The notes under the pieces are model-generated. The model worked only from the letters and a program-made list of their open reading frames with translations, made no database searches and was not told where the DNA came from. Positions 37,758-51,177 of a stretch of DNA of 64,000 bases are shown here, in pieces. Source of the stretch: Dimorphilus gyrociliatus (Eukaryota; Animalia; Annelida); NCBI GenBank assembly GCA_904063045.1, contig CAJFCJ010000020.1, positions 550,916-614,915 on the forward strand, written 5' to 3'. Position 1 is the first letter of the stretch. Every line of letters begins with the position of its first letter. Position numbers and translations under genes: made by a program.

Positions 37758-40700
37758 TTCTTTATTGAACAGTAATCTTAATCTTCTGAAATAGGAAATT
37801 TGTGGACTTATCTATCAGAAGTAACCATACATTCTCCTTAAAAAAACCATATACACAAGCACAGTAACCACACTAAAAATATAGGTAAACTATTTTTAGC
37901 GACATCTGCAGGATATCAATTAAATAACTTTTACGTTATTGTACATTTCCCCGATAGGTAGTCTAGGTAAAAAACCTTCAATAATGAACCTCTACCTATA
38001 AAGTTACTAAAGGGGAAAAATACCTCAACCAATGACCTATATAATAACTTCAAAGGTAAATTTGTATTTGAGCAGATTTTAATGAGCTAACGAGAAAAAC
38101 TTTAATAAAATGTTTATTTTTTATTAATATTTTCTTTATTCTCTATTATAAAGTTACGAGTAATGTATTTTTAAATTCTATTTGATTAGAAAGAATAATT
38201 GTGATTTTGATAAAAGAATATAGAATGATATTCTTTGAAGGTTGAGAGAAAATAGTACGAATATTATAGAAATTGGATTTCCCAATCCTCTTTTAGATGG
38301 AATGTCGGAACGAGAAGAGCCATAATTATAAAAGTTCCATTATTATTCACTTTTGAGGCAATTTCCCCTCTCTGTTCAAGTTAAAACCATAGATTTTTCC
38401 ACAAAACTGGTCTCTGTTCTGCCTCTTTTAGTTTCAAGGGTTCTCCAACTCTTAAGCATTATTATGATATTAGACGTAATAGAATTGAAAAATTTTACGC
38501 AGAGGTCAATATCTCTGTCGAAAGCTCAAAAAAACTACAATAGAGACTTTTCTTATAAGCTTTATTATGTAGATATAGAAATACTGAAGAATGAAATTCT
38601 AACCAAAGACTAAAAGCCAATTTTTCTTTTAGGAACAGGAAATTAAAGATTTTCAATATAAAATAGCGGGAAAAAAAATAAGTACTAGAGACCAATAATA
38701 AATATGCAGCGAACGAGGATTACCCTACTAATAATTGAAAGGATTAATGACATTGCGGTGTTAGCATGCAGCGTTAGGATAGAGTGAAAATCTATTTGTT
38801 TCCAAGCCTCCATCGCTCTATCCAGTGCATAACGGACTAATAATAATAATAGTACTAATAGTAACAAAGGACGGTTATCATATAGAAATATAATAATGCG
38901 GGAGAAAAGGGAAAAAGTAAACCTGTGTGGTTAAAACGATTAGTCATTCTATAACCGTAGGCTTGTGCAACTGTTTTAATCTCAGGAAAGGGAAGAAGCA
39001 AGCAGCTGCTACCAAATTAAATCAATCACTTCTATCGTAATAAACGAAGGATAAAAATTCTGGAAAATTCTAACGTTTATAAAGGAATTACCAAGAAGAT
39101 ATAAGTCTTTCTCGAAGAGCGGCTTAACGAGGCAAAAAACCGAATAGATATTTAACTAAAAGGAATACAAGAGATCCTCCGTAAGAATAAATTAAAGGGG
39201 AATTTTAAAGATGAAAACCGATGTCTGATGCGAAAATGTAGGAAATCATTATCCAGAGAAGAAGATAAAATAAATAACATAAAATTATATAATAATAGAA
39301 AAATGCTACTTTTAATAATCAATTACATTTATCATAACATATATATAAACTATATTCACTTTTATACACTATATTTTATATATTAGTATATATACTCAAG
39401 TCAAACTAGATCTATCTTCTTCCCCTCTCCAATTATATAACTTCGGAAAGGGATTGTCTCCTTTCAATGCAAGTTTTCTTTGAATTAGAGCATTATCCCA
39501 ATTTCTGACCTGATACTTAACCCTTATTTAATTACTTTCTAAGATGTATAGCGGAGATAGCTTAACATCTAATCTTTAGTAAACAGGATAAAATGAAAAA
39601 CAGTATAGTAGAGTGCATTTAGTTTCGTATGTATATTGTTTATTGATAAAACTGGTCCTTATTTGAAATCTAAGAATAACCTTTTTTTATTCTTTTGTGG
39701 AAAGAAGATATAATTTTAAAATATACATTTGAAATAGAATTCGCATTTAAAACATATTTTCAATTCTTTTATACAATCTAATTAATAAACATTGTGCTTT
39801 CAAGTGCCAGTTTGGCGAAGCTTTAAATCGTAGTTTTAACCGACAAAGCTGATCAGATTTTCTTGAAAATATAATGTTCCTTGTTAAACTCAATACAATA
39901 TACAGTACATGGTTTAGTAGGAAATGTAAGAAAAAAGCTGGTTAGAAAATCTGACCAAATGCATAAGAGGGATTAAACGATGCATATTTTAATAACAAAC
40001 AACAACAGTAGCGAAAAAAACAGATTTTTCCTTCACCTTTCATGTTTTCATCAAGTCATTTTTATGCATGAATATTTTTTTCATCGTTTTTTCCATATCT
40101 TACTTTTATACATAAATCATTTGACTGCATGTTTATCAAACAAAAAGAATGCTTGCAATTATGCATAATTTTTTTTCGTTATAAGCGGATCAATATGCAA
40201 ATAGAAATGTTCAAGTTATAATTTATGTACTGTATATCTATATATTTAAACAATAAACTTTTTGTATTGTTCAGAATGTATCTATTTCCTTTAAGACTTG
40301 TATGAATGTAAATGAAAAAGTAATAAATCATTCATCACCTTTTTTAGATAAACAAGAAAAAAAATAAAGTTTTGTCTTTTCTGCTCTGAATTTTCTCATA
40401 AATTGTCTCTTTTTTTTTTGTTTGTCTTTTTTTTTCATTTGTGTTTAGTGTCTTAGATCCACTTATTTCTGACAACCTACTGCAGTATTATCAGCCACAC
40501 CGATACAAAGATAACATTTTTTTCTCAGATTGCTAACATATATACAATATACGTATATATATATATATATATACATATAGGATAGATAGATATATATATA
40601 TATTTACATATGTACAGTATACAGTATATATGTATATAATAATAAAATTGTACATACATTTTGGGCATGTAACACATTATTTTTATACACAGATAGAGAT

Positions 40701-40803
40701 AGAGTACAAATGTATTGCGCTGGTATAAAGTAAAAAGGAAAATAAAAGAACTATACTGAAAACGGACGGTTTGCTGAGACGTGCCCTTGTATAGAAATTT
40801 GTT

Positions 40804-43800
40804 TCATGTTTTGATTAGACACGATATTTTCTCCAATTCGAGAAGAATAGCAACAATAAGGAAGATGACATACATAAAAAACATACTGATCCCCATAGTC
40901 TTGTTCATTCGCCACTTAAACATTGCAATAATTATGATTACCATTAAAAGCATGGCAAAAAGAAGAAGGATGGAACAAGCCATGCCTTTTGACTCTACTC
41001 GGTATGGTGAACCGCCATTCACAGCGCCATATATTAACCAAGGGAGAGGTAACCTGATGGGATAAGCAGTGGAATGAATATGATTAAAGCAATTTAATTA
41101 AGTAGATTCTGTCTATGAAGTTACTAACCCAACCGTTACGTCAAAGATATTACTTCCAACCGAACTAGAGACGGCCATATCACCGTAACCTTTCTTTGCA
41201 ACTATCACACTAGTTATTAAATCAGGAATACTAGTTCCGGCCGCCAGAAACGTCAAGCCCATGACCTATTAATCAATAAATCAATACGGGAAAAGCAATA
41301 TTCGATTAGAATTAATTGAAAATGAACTGTTTCCAGTATTCTTACCGCTTCGTCGATGCCTATTGTATCACCTATAGTTTTCGCCCACCAGTTCATCAAG
41401 TACGAGTAACCAGCTATCCATAAGATACTACCAATAAATGTCCAAGGAAAGAATTGCCTTCTATTTGGTTTTCTAACATCAGGTATTGTTATCCATAATG
41501 GGAAAACTATGGGTGCAACCAGAATATAGGTTATCTGCTTCCTGAGGGTCTTCGGCCAACTAATATCAAGAGGTTCATTCGGCTCATCGAGTTCCTCCAT
41601 TTTCTAGTTGAAGATAGAAGAAAGAATAAGCCTTAAAGTTACTTTTCCTACGTAATTTGCATCAATTAAAAAGAAAGACTTTTTTTTTATTTTAATAAAA
41701 GAAAACCAAAATCATTAAAACGCTTGAAAAAGCAACAAGTTTAATCTATGCTATGGTTTTGTTATACTTTTGGAATAGTATTTTATGTTTAAAAATTAAG
41801 TACAATAGCAAATATATAATTACGCTTGTTTATTATTAACTAGATTTTCCAGATGTCACACTATGTATTTTTATTTTTGGTAGAAAATTTAATACTGTGA
41901 GCTTAACATATATTATATAATTGTACTAACTTGATTGTCACTTTGACTACTGCAGTCGTCTTTGTCATTATCAATTGCAGTCGTTCTGGTAATCACAGCT
42001 TCTTGTTTTATCTATAAAGGGAAGAGAGGATAAAGTAATAAATAATTAAGAATTATTAGTCATTTGATAGAAAAAATGAATGGGTAAATTGATTATAAAA
42101 TAAAGGCCGATTTTTTTTTCCTTCTCTTATAACCTGTGAAAAGTATAGATTTCTTTACATTATTCATTCATAAATACTGTAATGCTGCAAATGGCGATGA
42201 TTTGCAGAAAAAAAATAAAAGTCATGAAATGAACTTGTCGAAAGCGACTAAGGTTACTCAGAAAAAGATAATTAAAAGGAATCATTAATCGATAGGGAAG
42301 AAGGTGAACATTTTGACTTTTCGTTATTAAAAAGACAACGTTTTTTATATCCTTCAGGGGCCTCATTAGACAAAATGCCGACGTTATAATTTTACTAATG
42401 ATTAAACCAAATCTGATTGATTTCATTAATATTAATATCCCCTTTTTGTACTTGGTTCTGATTAAAAATAAAAGAAAAGTTGTATTACCTCTGTATCGTC
42501 AATACTATTGATATTTGTTAAAGTTGTATGCTGGCTAGGATTTCTTGAACTTGGAAGACTTCCATTCTTTGCTGCTTGACCATTAAAGAGGGATGTACCA
42601 TTGGCAAATGGTGGAGGAGTAGCTGATAACCGACCATTCGATATAGCCTGAATATGACCGTTTTCTGGAGGATTCGCGCCGAAACCGTTCATCTCTCCTT
42701 CTTGCCTTTCAGGCACTGCGACGGACATAGAAGCAATAGCGTGTAGTCTTAGTGCTTTTTCGTGCACTTTGCCTGCATATAGTATAAAAATATTCTCTAA
42801 AACAAGGGTTTAACTAAAAAGTAGAGAGCATGCGGTCAAAAAAGAAAGAGGAAAGAGGTTTTGTGCTCATTGAAAAATTGCTAGAGGAAAGGATTCTAAA
42901 TTAAGGTTATTAATTTCCCTGTTATTAGCAGTATGCGCCGTATACAGAAAATAATATACGTTATATACCCACGTGAGTGCTGTATATCGCATGCTACTAA
43001 AGGAAAAAAAGATGGTGAGGGGGCGTGCTTTAGATGTTTGTTCTTCATCTAGAATATTTTTTATACATTGTCTTATGGATACAAAAAAAAACCTACTTTC
43101 GTTCAAAGGATCGATTGTATGGATCATTAGCTGCATAATTCCATGTCGATATTTCGAACTGCCGCTCTTTAAGCCACCAACTAGGCTTTGAGATCGAGCC
43201 CGAGGCTGAGGAGGAGGCTATTTTTGGTTTACGGAAAAGAAATACAATTAAATATGTACTAGGTCAAAAAAAAATATTCTTTTCAAAAGAGCATGTTCCA
43301 TTGAATTAAAAAAAAAGGAACAGTAGATCTAGTACTCGACACCTTTGAAAGGTATAGAATTTAGGAAAAATGACTTTTTAATGAAATATGTTTGTACTAA
43401 TTACCATATGATGCGATCTAAATACCTATCAATGGACATAATTATTCAGTATATATTTTAATTATTTTGAACTGAAATAGAACTTTTTGTAAAAGGATTG
43501 GAGAAAGATTAATGAGAATTGTTTCCCGCTTTCTTACATCGTAAATTATCTCCAAAGGACATTTCAAAGTCACAAATAACGCAAATAATGACACTAACAA
43601 CAATTATGGTCTAAACAGAAGCTTTTAGAGTTAAAATTTTAAAATGGATATTTATACAACTATTGAAAAAAATACCAGTGTCATAGAGAGAAAATAAACA
43701 AGGTGAGAAAGAAAAGGAAACGAGACAAACAATTGTGTAGCTTGTGGATCTTTAGTTCAATGACAATCAATATTATCCCCTTTTCTTCCGTTGTACGCAA

Positions 43801-46454
43801 ATATTAGAGATAAAAAAAAAACAGTTGTACAGCGATCAAAAAAGTATTTTTTTTAAATGACTAGAAGCCTATCAAATTATCAGGCTTACGCTCATCTAGA
43901 CAGTTTTCAGGTGTGACTTGTTTTCCATGTTTCCATAGAAACCGTATTCGACGGATTCCTTTAGAATGTTACGACGAATAAGTTTATAAGACAAAGAAGA
44001 GTATTACTTTTCTCAATAAACAAGAATCGAATATACATAAAGTAAATTATATAAGGAATGCAAAGTTGTAAAAATTCTTATATACGGTATATGTAGTATA
44101 TATATATATAAAAAAAATAAGAATGCATCTATGTAAATATGTCATTAGAGATATTAATAAAATGAAATTATTTGCAAACATCCTTATCTCTTTAATAATG
44201 TTATATGTTTACGCTTTATAAATATATATATATATATATTTATATATGGCTTTCTAAATTATATTAATAAACATATTAATAAATATAATATTTGGAAAAT
44301 AAACTTCACACACTACACGATTATATTCAAAGTAATTACATCCCTAATAGTTTAGTTTGTATTGGGAACAAGTAGAGAGTCTCTTACTTTCTAGTAGACA
44401 TTAGATTTCAAGGCAACAGTACTAATGTTTACCATCTACCTATCTAAAATCAAGAGATTTATAGAAACTTTTAGTCAAAACTTATATTTCTTTTTTTAAA
44501 TAATTAGTTTTAGACTTTTTCTCTTTATTTTCATATTCAAACCTCTTCAATCAGTTATTAAATTGTAATTGTTACTGATACTCAACTTATGTATACTTGC
44601 TTATCAATCTTTACTGGGAAATGCTAAGCAATAACTCCTTATTGGACAAATATTATCGATATTCTGAAATACAGTTTCATACCGCATCAAAGCTTAGAGC
44701 TACTTATTTAATTGAGGATAAGGAGAAGATTTACCTGGATTTTGGTCTACTGAGTATAGAAAATCTGTGGAAATTCTCTATAACTTTATTGATAATAATT
44801 TTGCAATACTCTATTCGTTTCCTCCGAAAATTAGCTACGATCAAATAAAAACTTTCAAGATTAGATTCGATAACATCGACCTACATAAATTTGTCTCACT
44901 ATTCCTAGTATCTTTTGTATCGTGCTGTCATGACAACTGCACTTTAAGCATCTATTTGCATACACGCTATTCTCCATTAGCCGTTGCTAGTGTTCGGATA
45001 AACAGCATCAAAACAATAAGCAATAAGTCTAATCATATTTTCCTTAGATACCTCTCATCATCAATTCTTTTTTAGAATATAGTATTTTCGTTCAAAATAA
45101 CAGCATATTGAAAGAAAGAGATGAATAAGGCGATACTTTCCTTTAAGAAATAATAAACACAATGATAAAAGGAAAATATGCTTCATCGGATATTAAATGC
45201 AATGCAAATTTGTATATGGTAAATATACTACACCTTTAATAATTTACCTTACTTAGCGAGAAATTAAAAATTATAATCTGCTCTCGTAATTTACTTTTTG
45301 AAATGTAAAACTATTGAAGAAAAGTAAATAGACTGCAAATTAAAGGAAGTTGGAACTATAATTGTTTCTAAAATATTAATAGGTGAAATGTTGGTAGAAC
45401 AAGATGAAAGATAAATAGAAACAAGTCGATTTCGATTAACGAATTCGTGTTGAGGAATAGAATGACGAAAATCGTTAAACAGCGAATAATTAACAAACTA
45501 ACGCGTCATTGAGTTAGTTATTGAAGTTACACTGAAGTTCTATTTTTAAATGATTCTCTCATTTCATGTTTATGTAAAAATTAATATCGTTACCTGTGGG
45601 GGAGGACTTGGAGAGTTCTCTTCCATTGATGAGTTACCAACAGGTCTAGGTGTAGGACTCCCAGACTCTCTAATAAGGTTGTCACGACTTCTCATCGAAG
45701 TTACTTTATTCCCGTTTAGTCTAGATTTTACGAAATCTTCAAAGTCTTGATTGAATTTCATGAAGAGAACGTAGGAAATATAACAAAGCAATAATATTAA
45801 AGCCTCCCACCAGTCAATCCACTTATCAATAAAGAAGCCAATAAGACAAGCTAGCGAAATCGAGTAAAATGTAACGTCGCGAAAGAGAGGCCACCAAGTT
45901 AGGACTAAAACACCTTTGCTGAAAAGTGCGCACATTCCTATTACAAAAAGGATGTTGAAAACTGCAGAACCAACAATAGTTCCAATTCCTACATTAGAAT
46001 TTGCAATAAATACTCCAATAAAGGAAGTAAATAGTTCGGGAGCAGAACCGCCTGCAGCCATAAAAGTAGCGCCGGCAACATCCTCAGATATATTTAGGAC
46101 TTCTGTGATCACTTCGAGACTCGGTACGAAAAATTCATCACATACGACTGCAAGAGCCACAAACATATAAATAGTACCGAAGATGTGCAAGGTTATAGCC
46201 CCTTTTTTTAGCTGATCTTCCGAGAATATACCATTAGGATACTCGCTTTTTGAAGAAGAGGAGCTATTAGAAGCCAATAAATGTCTGGAGGTTGGAGAAA
46301 AGTCGGACCGAACTTCAGAACGACTTAAGTAAATTAAAGCAAAGTAACTAAGAGTAATAAGTGTTGCTAAGACGCCAGTCCGTAAGAGTCTATACTTTTT
46401 CCTTATCCGACACCTGATTCGCAGGTACGAAATTGCTCTGTTTAATATTGTCAT
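40804..46454 (-). CDS. K+-dependent Na+/Ca2+ exchanger (SLC24/NCKX family)
   Basis: Alpha-1 region [20 protein letters not shown] and [12 protein letters not shown]. Loop exon [27 protein letters not shown]...QITY. Alpha-2 region [18 protein letters not shown]...[15 protein letters not shown], which retains the Asp linked to K+ dependence. The start is placed at ATG 46454, in frame with the tracked ORF, but the exact start is uncertain. Confidence 0.93.
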
Positions 46455-48507
46455 ATTTCCTTTTGTTGTCTTAGGCTTTCTTCCGAACTCGTTTATGGCA
46501 CATAGTTCACTACTGATGATAAGAATAAATGAAATAAAATAAATTATTGTCATTTGCAAATGTAATATATAAACGCAATTATACAAACAATACTGGAAAT
46601 TTACAAAAATTGATAAAATACAAACAAACAATTCCCTTTTGACGCCTAATCGATATCAATGAAATTAATTTTATTTTTTACCTATTAAAATAATCAAATA
46701 GATCGACTTTCTAGCCCATCCCTCTCTATCTCTCCCTTCTTTGCTATGTTGGTCTTTTCCTCCTCTGTCCACCTACGCCTCTTTTCCCTCTCACCCTCTT
46801 AGCCATCTAACGATACCTCACCTTTGATAAAAACTGTTACAATTACGGGCTTTTGTACTCGAGTTTTTGATTCTCGCCAAAATAAAATACCTGATGCGCT
46901 TTTGTTCCAGGTGTGTTTAAAATGTAATACCCTTTCTGGGAATTGGCTTTTTATAGATGAACTTAGGAAGAAAAACTTCAATGATATAAAAGTGAGAGGA
47001 GATAAATTAAAAAAACGAACAAATCTATTCGACACGCTCTACATCGATTAATTTAAATTATCGATAGTCAATTGCCGATTTAAAAAAAATCATACAAAAC
47101 ATCTCAGATGTTTATATCGTTTCTCTGACTACCAAGATCAATATGGTGGCAATTGAACGCTCATTTCGACGGCGTCTCAAAATCGGCTCCTATACGTCAA
47201 TTGCCAACAATCGACCTCTTCAGAATAGAGTTTGTTCCGTCTACAATGTTCGATAACAAACTCTTAATCATACGGGGGAAGGAGAGATTTGTTGAGTGTT
47301 AATTTTTACTCGCGGAATATTTGAGATATCCTTAAAGCTAAACACAATTCTATTAATATTTCCTAAGAACAAGAGTAGCCATATTAATAAATAAATAATC
47401 CTTATTCTTTTAATGACATGCGATAAATTAAATGTAAATTAATAACTAAGTAAGAACATTTTAGCATATCTCGATATAAATATAGAACAGAAAATACAAC
47501 ATGACATTTATCAACATTTACCATAAGCTGCCCTCTGTCATTACATAATCATAACTACCAAATATTTAAATACTATCCCTATTTTATGTGTTTATAGCAT
47601 ATAAACTTATGAATTGGCATTTTATATGTCAATGCAAATATATATATGTTGCTAAAAACTGTATATATATATATATATATAGTATATCTTGATATCAGAA
47701 TTTTCACACTCCAAGTAAAGCTTTCGTAGATCAAAAATGTTCTAAATATATATTTATTTAACTATGTACTCTAAATATATTTATTAATACTTGTAATTAA
47801 AGTTATATAATAAGCATATATCTTTATATATATTTATGCATAAGATATATGGTAATCGTAGATAAACTTGGTTTCTTTCAATGAAAAATAAAATCCTCAA
47901 TATACCATCTCTTTCCTGTATCATGGATTTTGCAGGGTAGGTACTTCATTTGTTTTCTACTGCTGAATATTATTATTCCTCTTCATACAGTTTGGAGACA
48001 TATACACAGTTTTAAATGAATATATTGTAAATATCTTCTCTTACATTCACTTATATATAAATGCTTTAGGCAATTGAAAATATTGTAAAAACATTCATAT
48101 ATATATATATATATATATGCAATAAATATAGACCTAAACACAAATTGTCCTTTGAATCATACATATTAATATAATTTTTAATTATTTTCCCTTTTAGACA
48201 GCTTGAAAGAACTTTGATTTGACACTATTTAGGCTTTCTTTAAACACATTCTTGACCTTAGAAAAGCGCAAGTGTCGAATCAAGGTACAATATTAGCACG
48301 TAAAACTAGCAGGTTATATTTTTCCTTAGCAAAAACATTCGAAACCATAAATATATTATAACGAACAACTAATTACCGGTTACATCATTCCAAACAAAAA
48401 TTTATAAAGGAAGTTAAAAAATCTTTATTACCATACGAAAGCTGAATAGAACTCTCACTCACCTGGTTAGAGTGTCTAGTGACGGCTAGACGACCAAGAG
48501 AGGGCTG

Positions 48508-48515
48508 TGACGTCA
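48508..48515. promoter_or_regulatory. Full palindromic CRE (TGACGTCA) near the probable first non-coding exon of NCKX
   Basis: The exact octamer lies about 45 nt from a strong minus-strand donor (CAG|gtgagt at 48463/48462). A second probable UTR donor (CAG|gtattt) is at 46891/46890. Confidence 0.4.
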
Positions 48516-48712
48516 CTCGCATAAAATTAACGTAGACTGCTATAATCAATTAATTACTCTTTCACAGTAGCCCTTCTAGCGTCAGTTCCTATATTCTTTG
48601 ATTATTATTTATATAGAAAATAATTATCAAATTGTTTTTAAAACAATTACACGGAATTTTAAGATAAAATCGAATAGAAACAGTCGTCGCAACACACATG
48701 ATACATACAGTG

Positions 48713-48743
<31 letters not shown>

Positions 48744-51177
48744 TTGTTTATATATTAATACATATAAATTTATATATATTGTAAATACATTAGCGTTTTA
48801 TAAATAATATAGCAAAAATGTAAAGTCTACTTACAAAATCTAACTAGTGTGAAAATTTCTACTTAGGCATACTGACTTAAGCGGTTTGCATATTTTGCCT
48901 GGCTACGGTATATTTAGTATATTACTAAGAGCAGGATTAAAACGACGTGTAATTAGTTGCCATTAAAATATCTAAGTAAAAAGGTAATATAAAACCTTTT
49001 GAACACTTTCCGTAGGTCAATTTTTGCTTTAGTCTTTATGATTATAGCGCCCGTCCTTCTTTCAAGTTGACGAAATATATTGACATGACTTTACATAACT
49101 TAATAACTTGTATATTATTGAGAAAGGACATTATTGACTTGGTCGTCTACTTGCTTGTCCTTTTTTACTGACAGTTTTTTTTAAAACCTTTACGAAATAG
49201 AAAGATTAAGCATTTATAAAAAAAAAAATCAATGAGGCCTTTTACTATAAAATATTTCTTTTAGCAAAATGTTTATAAATGCATCTTACTTTTGTATATT
49301 CCATCCATTAATTATAATATCGAAAGGAGAAAAATTCCTTTTTAGGTATCATTTTCAACATCTTTATAAGTCACTTTTTTTTTCTATATTTTTTTTTTTA
49401 AAAAAAAACCAATTATAGAAAAAGAATTGAATTAAATCCGGTTTTTCTTTATGTAAGAATAATTTATTAATAAATCAATTGTTAATGCTTCAATTCATTT
49501 TATTAATATTTGTTCTTGATAAAATAAAGGGAAATGTTAGCAAAAGAAGAAAAGGATGTACTGGTTCTAAAAGTGTCAAAATTTGGTTCAGTTTGTTTCT
49601 TTCCTTAAAACAAACATCTAATGCTTTGTATTTTAATTACAAGTAACATACTATAGAATAATAGATAATTTTTTTCAACTATAAGAAAGCGTTAATAGAG
49701 TTAATACACTCTATTCTATACGTAAATGCCTTATAAATATAGTATATGCCTATACATAAAAAGTGCATTTATATTTAATATAAACACTTGGTTACATATA
49801 TAGATTATTTGAGAATCATTTATTTTTTTAGTTAATTGGTCTCAGAACTGAAATATGAGAGAATCTCTTCACTTTCAAATACGAAAGTATAATTATAATC
49901 AATTTTTTTTCACTTTGAATAATTATGAAAGATGACATTTTAATTTAAGTATTTTATTGGCCAATACCACTATCCCTTCTGTCCTTCTTTCCCTTGCAAC
50001 TCAAACAGTCAGTAGACAGGATACAAAAAGATTTACTTTCTTTTTTCTCGTTTCTTCTAGTCTACGTCAGACTTTTCTTTGGGATTTGCCAGATCATTCA
50101 CCTTAATCTATTGTATTCGGATTATATGGAAGAGTGCAAACTCTTGAAAAAAGATACAATTTCCTCTATCCCCTATTTTTCAAATACTCTTAAAAGCAAA
50201 AAACCAATATGTGTAAAGTTTAATGTATTTATTAGTATATACTGTATGTTTATAGGTTAAATGCTGCTGTAAAATAATGATAGTTATAAATATTACCACA
50301 TCATCTTAAGCCGTTGCTATTTTGGAAATTTATCGTGATGTAATTCGATTGTAATTCTATCACTCTTCCTTTAACATGTTAAAAGTGTCGACTCTAAAAC
50401 GAAGTGTGCACTTTGATGTTGCAGTTCTTTCATTTTTTTCTTAGGTTACGTTAGGCTTTGATTTATAAGCGTATCGATTACAATTCATTCGATTTGCTGG
50501 CGAATGTTTAATATTTACAATACATTACTCCTACGCATCCAATTCAGCAAAGCGTTTTTTGAATGCAAGGCAGAAACGAGGGAAAACTAATCAATAATTT
50601 ACCAACTTTTATATTATACTAAACGTTAATTTTTTTTCAAGTATGATAATTAATATTTTAAAACCAATAATTAATAAGTTTTTGATATAATATACGTCCT
50701 TGAAGAAAAAATCAATCTTTCTTGCCATTTTAATAAGAAAGTTAACGAATTATCGATATATTGATTTATTTTGTGACGTAGCAGAATACTGAAAAAGGAC
50801 ATAAATAGTAAATATTTAATTCTCCATTTGTACTATTAATATTTCGTTATGGTAAATATATGCTTTATTTCTCATATAATCAGATAAAAAAATTCCCCAA
50901 CAGTATTCTTTGTTTTGTTACGCTTAATTTTTAATCCTATTATATAACATATTCTATTTTAGCGAATAAAGGAAGCAATGCTTGGGAATCCTTTCAACAA
51001 GCCTCAATACATACTATATAAAATAAGCTATACACGCTTGAGCTGTTATTAATTAAGTGGTAATTGTATTGTTTATAAGTAAAAATTTTGTTAAAAAGTA
51101 TTATTGATTCTAATTATATTCTAGTCACTATTTGATCAAACTCATAAATGTCAAATGTCAATCGTTATTTTTTGTAT

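Noticed and set aside
42125-42145. Minus-strand ttttcacag|gttata resembling a recursive splice site in an NCKX intron
   Set aside because: The intron is short (under 500 nt) and the regenerated donor is weak. No need for recursive splicing is evident.
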